Assembly (NCBI GenBank): GCA_948466255.1
Contig: CAOJZV010000006.1
Coordinates: 2,521-66,520 of the forward strand
Length of the DNA stretch: 64,000 nt
Origin: an uncultured Bacillota bacterium
GTDB lineage: Bacteria; Bacillota_I; Bacilli_A; RF39; UBA660
Direction: 5' to 3'
Below the pieces are notes generated by a model that saw nothing but the letters and a program-made list of their open reading frames with translations, made no database searches and was not told the origin of the DNA. Below, piece after piece: positions 44,288 through 54,303 of this stretch; position 1 is the first letter of the stretch; every line of letters starts with the position of its first letter. Made by a program: the position numbers and the translations under genes.

Positions 44288-47200
44288 ATGCAGGATAAAT
44301 TAACTATACTTTTAGATAAACTTAACTTACCAGAAGAAGGTAGAAAATACTTTACAGGTGGTAGTTTAGAAAAAATTATTTGTAATAAAAACCAAGATAA
44401 ATATGTTTTTTTGATTAATATAAATGAAGTATTACCTTTAGGCGTTTTTTTTGACTTTAATGATTTACTTCATAAAACTTTTAGTAGTGCGAAAAGTGTA
44501 GAAGCTAAGTTTACTGCACCAAAATATGATCTTGAAACTTTAACTGATTATTATCGTCATTATATGACTGAATATAGTAAGAATGCACCTCTACTTGAAA
44601 TTTTTGTTAATTGTAATTTAGTTTTAGAAGATAATAATTTAATTATAGAAGTGGCTAATAAGGCTGAAGAAATGAAATTTTCAAGTATTAAAGAAGATCT
44701 TGAAAAGAAATTAAATTATGCTGGATTTGATATGAAATTTAAAATAACTATCGATGAAGAAAAGGCTAAAGAAATTAGAATTGAAATTGAGAATGCAAAA
44801 ACTGCCGAAATTCCTGTAATACCTAAAAAAGAAAACCCAATTATTATGGGTAGTGAAATTAAAAGTAAAATGACTGATATTAGCTCACTTACTTTTGAAA
44901 TGGATAATGTTGCAGTTGAGGCTAAAATATTTGGTAAGGATTTATTTGAATCATCTAAATCTGATTTTAAAATTATTACTTTAAAATTATATGATGGTAC
45001 TGATAGTATGTACTGTAAAATTTTCTGTAGAGATGCTGGTGATTTTGCGAATTATAATAAACGTTTAAAAGAAGGTAATTGGTATAAAATTAAAGGTTAT
45101 ACTAAAAATGATAAATATTCTAATGAAATTGTTTTAAACGCTCGTGATATTAATATTTCTGATAAAAAGGATGAAGTTAGAATTGACGATGCCAAAGAAA
45201 AAAGAGTGGAGTTACATGCTCACACTAAAATGAGTCAAATGGATGGTATTTGTGATGCTAAAACATTAGTTAAAACTGCTTATAATTGGGGGCATCGTGC
45301 GATTGCGATTACTGATCATAACGGGGTTCAATCTTTCCCTGATGTTTATCACACTGTATGTGATATTAATAAGAAAAAAGAAGGAGAACCTTTTAAAGCT
45401 TTATATGGTGTCGAGCTTACTTTAATTGATGATACTGTAGATATAGTTTTAAGACCAACTGATGATGATTTAATGAAGACTACTTATGTGGTATTCGATT
45501 TTGAAACAACTGGATTTAATGCGGGTGGTGCTGATTCTATTATTGAAGTTGGTGCGGTTAAAATTTGTAATGGTGAAATTGTTGATAGATTTTCTGAACT
45601 TATTAACCCAGGTAGGAAACTACCAGCTAAAATTACAGAAATAACTAATATTACTGACGACATGTTAGTGGGTAAAGATAATGAAGAAACAGTTATTAAA
45701 CGTTTTATAGAGTGGTTTGGGGATTTACCTATGGTTGCTCATAATGCTAAATTTGATGTGTCTTTCTTAAAAATGGCTTATAAAAAGTATAATTTAGGTG
45801 AATTTACTAATACAGTAATTGATACTTTAGAGTTATCTCGTACTATGGATAATAATTTTGCTCGTCATAGTTTATCAGCTTTAGTTAAGAGATATGATGT
45901 TCCTTGGGATGAAAATGCTCACCATAGAGCTGATTACGATGCGGAGGGAACAGCTTTAGTACTTCATAAAATGCTTAAAAAACTTGAGGGTATGAATTAT
46001 GAAAAGATTTCTGATTTAGACAGATTAGTATCTAAAGATGAAATTCATAAATATGGTAATGCTTATCATGTTAATTTAATTGCTTTAAATAGAGTGGGGC
46101 TTAAGAATTTATTTAAGATTGTTTCGCTTGCTAATACTAAATATATGTATAAAACTCCGCGTATTTTGCGTAGTGAGATTGAAAATCATCGTGAGGGAGT
46201 ACTTGTTGGTAGTGGATGTTATGAAAGTGAAATATTTAAACAAGCTCGTAGTAAATCTGATGAAGAACTTTCTAATTTAATTAATTTCTATGACTATGTT
46301 GAAGTTCAACCGGTTTCAGTTTATGATCATTTAATTCAAATGAATGATTTTGGAACTAAAGCTGAACTTATTAGTCATTTAATGAAAATTATTAGAGTTA
46401 CTAAAGAAGCTGGTAAGTTAATAGTAGCGACTGGCGATGTTCATCATATTAATCCTGATGATCGTATTTACCGTGAGATTATTGTTAATCAAAAAGTACC
46501 TGGCGGTGGAAGACATCCACTTGCGAGGAAAGGAATTAATCAAATTCCAAATCAATATTTTAGGACAACTGAAGAAATGCTTGAAGATTTTAGTTTTTTA
46601 AGCGAAGAAGAAGCTAGGGAAATTGTTATTGAAAACCCTAATAAAATAGCCGATATGGCTGAAGTTATTGAGGTTATTATTGAAACTGGTGGGATTCCTT
46701 TCGCCCCTAAAATTGAACATTGTTCTGAAGATACTATTGATATGGTTTATGATAGGGCAAAAGAAATTTATGGTTATCCACTTCCTTATTTAATTGAAGA
46801 AAGACTGGCTTCTGAATTATATGGTAATGAACCTTTTAATGCAATTAAGTATGAACTTGATGAAGAAGGGGTTTCTAAAGAAGATTATGATAAAGAACTT
46901 TATAGTAGGTTACACAAAGTAATGCGTGGTTATACTCCAGCGGTAAGAGAACTTATGGCTAGAGTTATTAAAAAACAAAATCCAGATGTGGAAGATATAG
47001 ATAAAGAAATAGATAATAAATTAACGGCTATTGTAGGGGCTAATTTCGATGTTATTTATTTAATTGCTCAAAAGTTAGTTAAAAAATCTAATGATGATGG
47101 TTATTTAGTTGGTTCCCGTGGATCAGTTGGATCATCTTTAGTAGCTACAATGATGGGTATTTCAGAGGTTAATCCACTTCCACCGCATTATGTTTGTCCA

Positions 47201-48811
47201 AAATGCAGGAAGACTATTTTTGAAAAAGACGGTGAGTCTTTAGGTAGTTTATATGGCTGTGGTTATGATATGCCAGATATGGATTGTCCTGAATGCGGTG
47301 AGAAGATGCGTAAAGAAGGTCATGACATGCCATTTGCGACTTTCCTTGGACTTCATGCCGATAAAGTACCAGATATTGATTTGAATTTCTCGGATTTAAA
47401 TCAAGCTGCGGCTCACGAATATACTAAGGTATTATTCGGTGAAGATAATGTTTATCGTGCTGGAACGATTGGTACAGTGGCAGATAAAACAGCTTTTGGT
47501 TATGTTAAAGGGTACTGTGAAGATAAAGGAATTATGATGCGTACAGCTGAAGTTGAACGTTTAGCTGCTGGATGTACGGGTGTTAAAAGAACTACTGGTC
47601 AACACCCTGGAGGTATCGTTGTTATACCTGGATATATGGATGTATTTGATTTTACGCCTTTCCAATATCCAGCTGATGATGTTACTTCAGCATGGCGAAC
47701 TACTCACTTTGATTATCATGCGATTGACCAAGATGTTCTTAAATTAGATATTTTAGGGCACTCTGGACCAACTAAACTTCGTTTAATTCAAGATTTAACG
47801 GGTATTGATGTTACAACTGTGCCTTTAGACGATAAGGATACAATGGAAATCTTTAATTCTACTAAATCTTTAGGTGTAAGACCTGAACAAATTTTATCTG
47901 AAGTTGGAACTTTAGGTATTCCTGAATTTGGAACGCCATTTACTATTGGAATGGTTAAGAAAACTAGACCAAAAACTTTTGCAGAGTTAGTTAAAATATC
48001 AGGACTTTCTCATGGTACTGATGTTTGGAATGGTAATGCGGAAGATTTAATTGATAACGGAATTGTTCCATTTAGTGAGGTTATCGGATGTCGTGACGAT
48101 ATCATGGTATATCTTATGTATAATGGACTTCCAGCAATTAAGGCGTTTAAAATTATGGAATTTGTTCGTAAGGGAAAAGCTAGTAAGATTCCTGAAGAAT
48201 GGGCATTACATAAAAAAGATTTACAAGAAGCAGGAATTGAAGATTGGTATATAGATTCATGCGAAAAGATTAAATACATGTTCCCGAAAGCTCACGCGGT
48301 TGCGTATGTTATTAATGCATTTAGACTTGCTTATTTTAAGGTTCATAGACCTGGGGTTTATTATTACGCTCAGTTTTCAGTAGAGTACACTGATTTTGAT
48401 ATTGAAGCGATGATAAAAGGTTATGAAACTGTTAAAATGAGAATGGAAGAAATTAGTGACAAAGGTTATTCAGCTACTAATAAAGAAAGTAATATCCTTG
48501 AATCTTTAAAACTTGCTTTAGAAGCTTTAGCTCGTGGTATTAAATTCGCACCTATTGATATTAATAAGAGTGATGCTTTATACTTTGTTTTATCAGAGGA
48601 TGAAAAAACTTTAATCCCACCTTTTAGAACTATTGATGGTCTAGGGGATGTAGTTGCGAAAAACATTGTAGCTGAAAGAGAAAAAGCGCCATTTTTATCT
48701 ATCGAAGATTTACAAAAACGTGCGAAAATTTCTAGTACATTAATTGAAAAAATGAGAATGATGGGCATTTTAGATGGTATGGATGAATCTAGTCAATTAA
48801 GTTTATTTTAA
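44288..48811 (+). CDS. polC: DNA polymerase III PolC-type alpha subunit
   Basis: PHP domain (HAHTKMSQMDG), DEDD exonuclease (VVFDFETTG...HNAKFDVSF), Zn finger (CPKC...CPEC) and polymerase core (GQHPGGIVV). Confidence 0.97.
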   Translation: MQDKLTILLDKLNLPEEGRKYFTGGSLEKIICNKNQDKYVFLININEVLPLGVFFDFNDLLHKTFSSAKSVEAKFTAPKYDLETLTDYYRHYMTEYSKNAPLLEIFVNCNLVLEDNNLIIEVANKAEEMKFSSIKEDLEKKLNYAGFDMKFKITIDEEKAKEIRIEIENAKTAEIPVIPKKENPIIMGSEIKSKMTDISSLTFEMDNVAVEAKIFGKDLFESSKSDFKIITLKLYDGTDSMYCKIFCRDAGDFANYNKRLKEGNWYKIKGYTKNDKYSNEIVLNARDINISDKKDEVRIDDAKEKRVELHAHTKMSQMDGICDAKTLVKTAYNWGHRAIAITDHNGVQSFPDVYHTVCDINKKKEGEPFKALYGVELTLIDDTVDIVLRPTDDDLMKTTYVVFDFETTGFNAGGADSIIEVGAVKICNGEIVDRFSELINPGRKLPAKITEITNITDDMLVGKDNEETVIKRFIEWFGDLPMVAHNAKFDVSFLKMAYKKYNLGEFTNTVIDTLELSRTMDNNFARHSLSALVKRYDVPWDENAHHRADYDAEGTALVLHKMLKKLEGMNYEKISDLDRLVSKDEIHKYGNAYHVNLIALNRVGLKNLFKIVSLANTKYMYKTPRILRSEIENHREGVLVGSGCYESEIFKQARSKSDEELSNLINFYDYVEVQPVSVYDHLIQMNDFGTKAELISHLMKIIRVTKEAGKLIVATGDVHHINPDDRIYREIIVNQKVPGGGRHPLARKGINQIPNQYFRTTEEMLEDFSFLSEEEAREIVIENPNKIADMAEVIEVIIETGGIPFAPKIEHCSEDTIDMVYDRAKEIYGYPLPYLIEERLASELYGNEPFNAIKYELDEEGVSKEDYDKELYSRLHKVMRGYTPAVRELMARVIKKQNPDVEDIDKEIDNKLTAIVGANFDVIYLIAQKLVKKSNDDGYLVGSRGSVGSSLVATMMGISEVNPLPPHYVCPKCRKTIFEKDGESLGSLYGCGYDMPDMDCPECGEKMRKEGHDMPFATFLGLHADKVPDIDLNFSDLNQAAAHEYTKVLFGEDNVYRAGTIGTVADKTAFGYVKGYCEDKGIMMRTAEVERLAAGCTGVKRTTGQHPGGIVVIPGYMDVFDFTPFQYPADDVTSAWRTTHFDYHAIDQDVLKLDILGHSGPTKLRLIQDLTGIDVTTVPLDDKDTMEIFNSTKSLGVRPEQILSEVGTLGIPEFGTPFTIGMVKKTRPKTFAELVKISGLSHGTDVWNGNAEDLIDNGIVPFSEVIGCRDDIMVYLMYNGLPAIKAFKIMEFVRKGKASKIPEEWALHKKDLQEAGIEDWYIDSCEKIKYMFPKAHAVAYVINAFRLAYFKVHRPGVYYYAQFSVEYTDFDIEAMIKGYETVKMRMEEISDKGYSATNKESNILESLKLALEALARGIKFAPIDINKSDALYFVLSEDEKTLIPPFRTIDGLGDVVAKNIVAEREKAPFLSIEDLQKRAKISSTLIEKMRMMGILDGMDESSQLSLF

Positions 48812-48813
48812 AA

Positions 48814-48837
48814 CAGCTTTTTAGCTGTTTTTTTGTG
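48814..48837 (+). terminator. Intrinsic terminator after polC
   Basis: AACAGCT-TTTT-AGCTGTT hairpin followed by a T-run. Confidence 0.7.
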
Positions 48838-48937
48838 AAAAAAATTAATTTTTTTCGTTTTTAACAAGGAATTTGCCTTATAAATCTCGTATATTACATT
48901 AGAGGGGCAAATTTTAGTAAAAATAAGGAGATGAAAT

Positions 48938-49834
48938 ATGAATTATTATGCAGAAATAAAAGATACATTAATTAAAAATGAAATGTATAGGCAAGCTAAA
49001 GACTATTCAAAAAACAAAAATGATTTAAATAGTTATTATAAAGTAGGTAAATTATTAGTTGAGGCTCAAGGTGGAGAGTCAAGAGCCAAATATGGAAATA
49101 AACTAATTAAAGAATATTCAGAGAAATTAACTAGAGAACTTGGAAAAGGCTATGATGTATCAAATTTAAAGAGAATGCGACAATTTTATTTAACTTTTCC
49201 AAAAGGTGGGACATTGTCCCACCTTTTGGAGGGATTGTCATGGAGTCATGTATATAAAATTTTATCAATAAAAGATGAAAATGCTAGAAATTATTATATT
49301 TCCATAATTAAATCTCAAAATATTCCAGTTCGTGAACTTAGAGAAAGAATCAAATCTAAAGAATATGAAAGGATAGGTTATAAGGAGGAATTATCTGAGC
49401 CAAAAGTAAACACTTTAATAAAAGAGCCTATTGTTATTAAATCTAAAAATATACCTGAAAAGGTAACAGAATATGCACTTCATAATTTAATTTTAGAAAA
49501 TATGGAAGGTTTTCTTAAAGAACTTGGCATAGGTTTTGCTTATATTGGACATGAGGTAAAAATTAAAATAGGTAAGGATAATCATTCGATAGATTTTCTA
49601 TTATTTAATTATAAATTTAATTGTTTTGTAGTAGTAGAAATAAAAGTAACTGAATTTAAAGCTGAGTATATTGGACAAGTTATGAAATATATAAACTATG
49701 TAGATGAAAACATAAAAGAAACATCTAATGATAAAACAGTAGGAGTTATTATTTGTAAAGATATAAATGGATATGTTTTAAAATATTGTACAGATGATAG
49801 AATTTTTACAACAACTTATCAATTAATAGGTTAG
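48938..49834 (+). CDS. DUF1016 / YhcG-family PD-(D/E)XK nuclease
   Basis: N-terminal NLKRMRQFYLTFP...LSWSH motif and a C-terminal restriction-endonuclease-like core (IDFLLFNYKFNCFVVVEIKV). Confidence 0.75.
   Translation: MNYYAEIKDTLIKNEMYRQAKDYSKNKNDLNSYYKVGKLLVEAQGGESRAKYGNKLIKEYSEKLTRELGKGYDVSNLKRMRQFYLTFPKGGTLSHLLEGLSWSHVYKILSIKDENARNYYISIIKSQNIPVRELRERIKSKEYERIGYKEELSEPKVNTLIKEPIVIKSKNIPEKVTEYALHNLILENMEGFLKELGIGFAYIGHEVKIKIGKDNHSIDFLLFNYKFNCFVVVEIKVTEFKAEYIGQVMKYINYVDENIKETSNDKTVGVIICKDINGYVLKYCTDDRIFTTTYQLIG
49199..49229. repeat. Perfect 31-nt palindrome (terminator-like) inside the DUF1016 CDS
   Basis: CCAAAAGGTGGGACA-T-TGTCCCACCTTTTGG. The 15-nt arms are exact reverse complements with a GC-rich core, in an otherwise AT-rich gene. 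Confidence 0.9.
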
Positions 49835-49857
49835 GATGTTTTATATGAATTAGTATA

Positions 49858-50015
49858 ATCAAATTAGGAGAGGAAAAAAAGTGCAGACAGTGTCTGCACA
49901 ATTATTCTCATTAAATATAAGAAATTTAAAATATATGAAAATTTTATTTAATGATTAAAAAGGGTCACGCGCTGCGTGACCAATTGAGTTGGAGTCATTA
50001 CAAAGAACTATTTTA
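49858..50015 (+). pseudogene. Fragments of a second DUF1016 gene
   Basis: 49878-49903 reads KVQTVSAQL and 49964-50012 reads GHALRDQLSWSHYKELF followed by a stop. Both match the FP...LSWSHY segment of DUF1016 proteins. There is no start codon and no C-terminal nuclease domain. Confidence 0.5.
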
Positions 50016-50097
50016 AATATTATGTTTGTATTAACTTATGGTCTTATTAATGTTTAAATAATAGGTTATATGTGTTAAAATGGATATAGGTGATAAT

Positions 50098-52680
50098 ATG
50101 AAAAAAATAATACTAGTTGATGGAAATAACCTTTTGTTTAGAAGTTATTATGCAACCGCATATAATGGTAATTTTATGAATAATAGTAAAGGTTTTCCTA
50201 CAAATGCTTTATTCGGTTTTACTAATATGATGAATAAAATTATTAATGAAGAAAATCCTGAATATATTATTGTGGCATTTGATAAAGGGAAAACTTTTAG
50301 ACATGAAAAATATGATGTTTATAAAGATGGTAGAACAGAAACACCTAACGAACTTAAAATGCAATTTCCTATTGCTAAAGAGTTGTTAACAGCTATGGGA
50401 ATTAAGTATTATGAAATAGATAATTATGAAGCTGATGATATTATCGGAACTTTTAGCGAGTATTGTAATAAAGATTCTGAATATGTGGGAACAATTATCA
50501 GTAGTGATAAAGATTTATTACAACTTATTTCAGATGATGTAGATATTAAATTATTAAAACAAAAAGATTATATTCGTTATAATAAAGATTCTTTTGAGGA
50601 AGAATATGGAATTAAACCTATTAATGTAATTGATTTAAAAGCTTTAATGGGTGATGCTTCTGATAACATTCCAGGAGTTAAAGGAGTAGGTGAAAAAACT
50701 GCTCTTAAATTACTTCATGAATATAAAACTTTAGATGGTATTTATGAAAATATTGATAAAATTTCGGGTAAATTAAAAGAAAAATTAGTTAATGATAAAG
50801 ATAATGCTTATATGAGTTATGATCTTGCAACTATTGTTAAAGATGTACCAGTAGAAATTGATATTAATGATATTAAATATAAAGATGCAGATATGGACAA
50901 GTTAAATAGTATGTATGAAGAACTTGAGTTTTATTCATTTCTTAAGAAAAATAAAAAGAAATCTGAAGAAAAACCTTTAGATATTAAAATAATTAAGAAT
51001 ATAAATGAACTTAATATTAATGGTGATGTAGCCGTTTGTTTAGAGGTGTTTGGTGCTAATTACCATACGGCTTCAATTATTGGTATGGGTGTTTATAATA
51101 AAGAGATAAGTGCATTTATTCCTTTGGAAGTATTAAAACAAAACCCTTCATTTTTAAGAGAAAATATTAAATACACTTATGATGTTAAAAAGGTGATAGT
51201 AGCTTTAAAACATTTAGGTATTGAAGTAGATAATTTTGTTTTTGATACAATGATGGCAGGTTCTTTACTTGATTATAATGTAAAAGATGACATGGCTTAT
51301 TTAGCTAATGAAGTAGATTATAAGTTAGATTTTTATGAATCTATTTACGGTAAATTTATTCATTTAAAAATGCCTGATGAAGAAGTGGTCGCAAAATCAT
51401 CTATTGCAAGAGCTAAATTTATTTATGATACTAAAGAAATGTTTGAAGACAAATTAAAAGCGGAAGAGGTTATGAATTTATTTGAAAAAATAGAATTGCC
51501 TTTAGCTTCTGTGTTAGCTGATATGGAATTTACTGGAGTAAAAGTGGATAAAGATAAACTTATATCTATGGGTGAAGATATCCAGGTTAAATTAGAAATT
51601 TTAACAAATGAAATTTATAATATGGCTGGATGTGAGTTTAATATTTCTTCTCCTATGCAGCTTTCTGAAATTTTATTTGAAAAATTAGGCCTTCCACATG
51701 GCAAGAAAACTAGCAATGGGTATTCAACTGCCGCTGATGTACTTCATAAAATAAAAGATAAACATCCAATTGTAAATGCAGTTTTAGAATATAGAGGTTT
51801 AGCTAAACTTTATAGTACGTATATTGAAGGTTTGCAAAATTATATTATAGATGGCAAAATTCATACTATTTATACTCAAAATCTAACTCGTACCGGTAGA
51901 CTTTCTTCAATTGAACCAAATCTACAAAACATTCCAATTAGGGATGAAATTGGAAGATCTATCAGAAAAGCTTTTGTGCCTGTTTATGATTATATTTTAG
52001 GTGCGGATTATTCACAAATTGAGCTTCGTATTTTAGCTCATATTGCTGATGTTCCAGCACTAGAAGAAGCATTTAAATCTGGTATGGATATTCATGCGAA
52101 AACAGCTAGTGATATTTTTAAAGTTTCAGCTGACTTGGTTACTCCTGAAATGCGTAGAGTAGCAAAAGCTGTTAACTTTGGAATCATATATGGAATTAGT
52201 GGCTTTGGGTTAGGTGAAAACTTAGATATTAGAGCTAATGATGCTAGAAAATTTATTGATACATATTTAGAAACTTATCCGGGCATTAAAGAATATATGG
52301 ATGATACAATTAATCATGCAAAAGAAAATGGTTATGTTAGAACTTTATTTAATCGAAAGCGTAATATTCCTGAGCTTAAAAATCCAGTTTATATGATTAG
52401 ACAAAGTGGTGAAAGAATTGCTTTAAATACACCAATTCAAGGTACTAGTGCGGATATTATTAAACTTGCAATGATAAAGGTTTATAATGCTTTTAAAGAA
52501 AAGAAACTTAAAAGTAAGATGATTATTCAAGTTCACGATGAATTAATATTTGATGTTTTAGAAGAAGAACTAGAAATTGTTAAAGAAATAGTTACTGACA
52601 TTATGGAAAATGTTTATGAACTTGAAGTTCCATTAAAAGTAGATGTTAACTATGGTAAAAATTGGTTCGAAGCTAAGTAA
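50098..52680 (+). CDS. polA: DNA polymerase I
   Basis: 5'-3' exonuclease domain (LVDGNNLLFRSYYA, GDASDNIPGVKGVGEKTA) and polymerase motifs A (ADYSQIELR), B (RRVAKAVNFGIIYG) and C (QVHDELIF). Confidence 0.97.
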   Translation: MKKIILVDGNNLLFRSYYATAYNGNFMNNSKGFPTNALFGFTNMMNKIINEENPEYIIVAFDKGKTFRHEKYDVYKDGRTETPNELKMQFPIAKELLTAMGIKYYEIDNYEADDIIGTFSEYCNKDSEYVGTIISSDKDLLQLISDDVDIKLLKQKDYIRYNKDSFEEEYGIKPINVIDLKALMGDASDNIPGVKGVGEKTALKLLHEYKTLDGIYENIDKISGKLKEKLVNDKDNAYMSYDLATIVKDVPVEIDINDIKYKDADMDKLNSMYEELEFYSFLKKNKKKSEEKPLDIKIIKNINELNINGDVAVCLEVFGANYHTASIIGMGVYNKEISAFIPLEVLKQNPSFLRENIKYTYDVKKVIVALKHLGIEVDNFVFDTMMAGSLLDYNVKDDMAYLANEVDYKLDFYESIYGKFIHLKMPDEEVVAKSSIARAKFIYDTKEMFEDKLKAEEVMNLFEKIELPLASVLADMEFTGVKVDKDKLISMGEDIQVKLEILTNEIYNMAGCEFNISSPMQLSEILFEKLGLPHGKKTSNGYSTAADVLHKIKDKHPIVNAVLEYRGLAKLYSTYIEGLQNYIIDGKIHTIYTQNLTRTGRLSSIEPNLQNIPIRDEIGRSIRKAFVPVYDYILGADYSQIELRILAHIADVPALEEAFKSGMDIHAKTASDIFKVSADLVTPEMRRVAKAVNFGIIYGISGFGLGENLDIRANDARKFIDTYLETYPGIKEYMDDTINHAKENGYVRTLFNRKRNIPELKNPVYMIRQSGERIALNTPIQGTSADIIKLAMIKVYNAFKEKKLKSKMIIQVHDELIFDVLEEELEIVKEIVTDIMENVYELEVPLKVDVNYGKNWFEAK

Positions 52681-52707
52681 TTAGAATATAATGATATAGG
52701 TGGTAAA

Positions 52708-53562
52708 GTGAATAAAGTAACAAAAGTGTTGATATACAGTTTTATAACAAATATTATTTTAGCTTTAATTAAAATTGTTTCTGGTGTAGTAGGAGCTTGC
52801 GGGGCATTAATTGCCGATGGCGTTCATTCATTAAGTGATACATTTACTGATGTGTTTGCTATTTTGGGCCATAAGCTTTCGATGAAACCAGCTGATAATG
52901 AACATCCTTTTGGACATGGAAAAATAGAATATATTACTTGTATTGTAATTGGCTTTGTTATTATGACAATGGGTTTTATAATTATTTATAATGGTATTTT
53001 TAATAAACCGGTTGTTCCAAATATATTAACGGTAGTTGTTTCTGTGTTTGTTATTGTGGCAAAACTGGTTTTATCACGTTATATTTTAAATCGTGGTAAA
53101 AAATATGGTAGTAATATTTTGGTTGCTTCAGGTAAGGAAAGTTTAACTGATGTTATTAGCTCTGTAGTAGTTTTAATTTCTATTTTGATTTCGCAATTAG
53201 GAAATGTATTTGTATACGCGGATATGGTCGCAATGATTATTATAGGTATACTAATTTTAAAAATTGCTTATAATATTCTTAGTGAAAATTTTAGCAGTCT
53301 TTTAGGTAAACGAGTTATTGATAATGATTATATAGAAAAGCTAGAAGAAATTATTTATATGGAACCCGAAATAAAAGGCATAGATACTTTAATAGTGTTA
53401 AAATATGGTTCTATTTATCAATTAAATCTTGAAGTTTCAATGGATGCAAATATTGTTTTAAAAGATGCACATGATGTATTAGATAATATAGAAGAAAATT
53501 TAAAAAAATATGATCCCAAATTAGTCCATATTATTATTCATGTGAGTCCATACAAATATTGA
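52708..53562 (+). CDS. Cation diffusion facilitator family transporter
   Basis: 6 TM helices, with ADGVHSLSDTFTD in TM2 and a C-terminal cytoplasmic domain. The start is GTG, after an AGGTGG SD. Confidence 0.8.
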   Translation: MNKVTKVLIYSFITNIILALIKIVSGVVGACGALIADGVHSLSDTFTDVFAILGHKLSMKPADNEHPFGHGKIEYITCIVIGFVIMTMGFIIIYNGIFNKPVVPNILTVVVSVFVIVAKLVLSRYILNRGKKYGSNILVASGKESLTDVISSVVVLISILISQLGNVFVYADMVAMIIIGILILKIAYNILSENFSSLLGKRVIDNDYIEKLEEIIYMEPEIKGIDTLIVLKYGSIYQLNLEVSMDANIVLKDAHDVLDNIEENLKKYDPKLVHIIIHVSPYKY

Positions 53563-53589
53563 CTTTAGTAGTTAATCGTGATAATATTA

Positions 53590-53805
53590 TTTTATAAATC
53601 AATGAGGAAGAATAGTAGTATAAATTAATATTAATAGAGAGTTAGTGTTTGGTGGAAACTAACAATATTGTTTATATGAATCTACTTCTGAGTGGAAATT
53701 AATCATTTCCCGGTCTTGGCCGTTATCTTTAATTAAGACTATGAATTAGGATGGTACCGTGATAATTCACTCCTAAAATACATGGTCTTTTTGTTTTATT
53801 TTTGG
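53590..53805 (+). promoter_or_regulatory. T-box riboswitch leader, probable Ser (UCU) specifier
   Basis: Stem I elements are present: AGTAGTA at ~53614, AGAGA at 53636-53640, and a GGTGGAAAC distal loop at 53651. The candidate specifier is GAA-TCT-A at 53678-53684. The T-box sequence AATTAGGATGGTACCGTG spans 53744-53761. A T-rich tract sits at 53788-53803. Confidence 0.75.
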
Positions 53806-53814
53806 GAGGTTTTT

Positions 53815-54303
53815 ATGGAACAATTAATGGATGTAATAGAAGAACTTGAAAAGAAAAAGGCACATCTTCTTGAACAAAAGGAAAGAAATATAAAGGAAAT
53901 AGAAAAATGTGATGATAAAATAGCTTATTTAAGTTATATAATTACTCAATATAATTGGGGACAAAAGGTTAGAAGAGAACATATAAGAAGTTGTAAAACA
54001 TTACTTGATATGAATGTTTCACATAATAATAATCTTTTATCATTTTATTCATTTGATGGTAATTTGGATGCATATATAGAATCTAGAATTTCTAGGTTAG
54101 AAGAAGAAAATGAAGAACTTGAAAGTTCTAAAAGTGTAGTTGCTGTTCAAATACTGGCTTATAGAAAGAAAAAAATTCTTTTAAATAGTGAAAATAGGGA
54201 TATTGGTTTGAAGATATTAGACATTGATAGTGAAATAGAATTTAAAAAGGCTGGAAGATTTAGTGATAAAATTTATAAAAAAGAAAGAGGGAATCAAAAA
54301 TGA
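53815..54303 (+). CDS. Hypothetical coiled-coil protein between the T-box leader and serS
   Basis: ATG 53815 follows a GGGAGG SD. 162 aa, heptad-rich (EELEKKKAHLLEQKERNIKEIEK, RLEEENEELESSK). Its stop overlaps the serS start (ATGA). Confidence 0.55.
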   Translation: MEQLMDVIEELEKKKAHLLEQKERNIKEIEKCDDKIAYLSYIITQYNWGQKVRREHIRSCKTLLDMNVSHNNNLLSFYSFDGNLDAYIESRISRLEEENEELESSKSVVAVQILAYRKKKILLNSENRDIGLKILDIDSEIEFKKAGRFSDKIYKKERGNQK

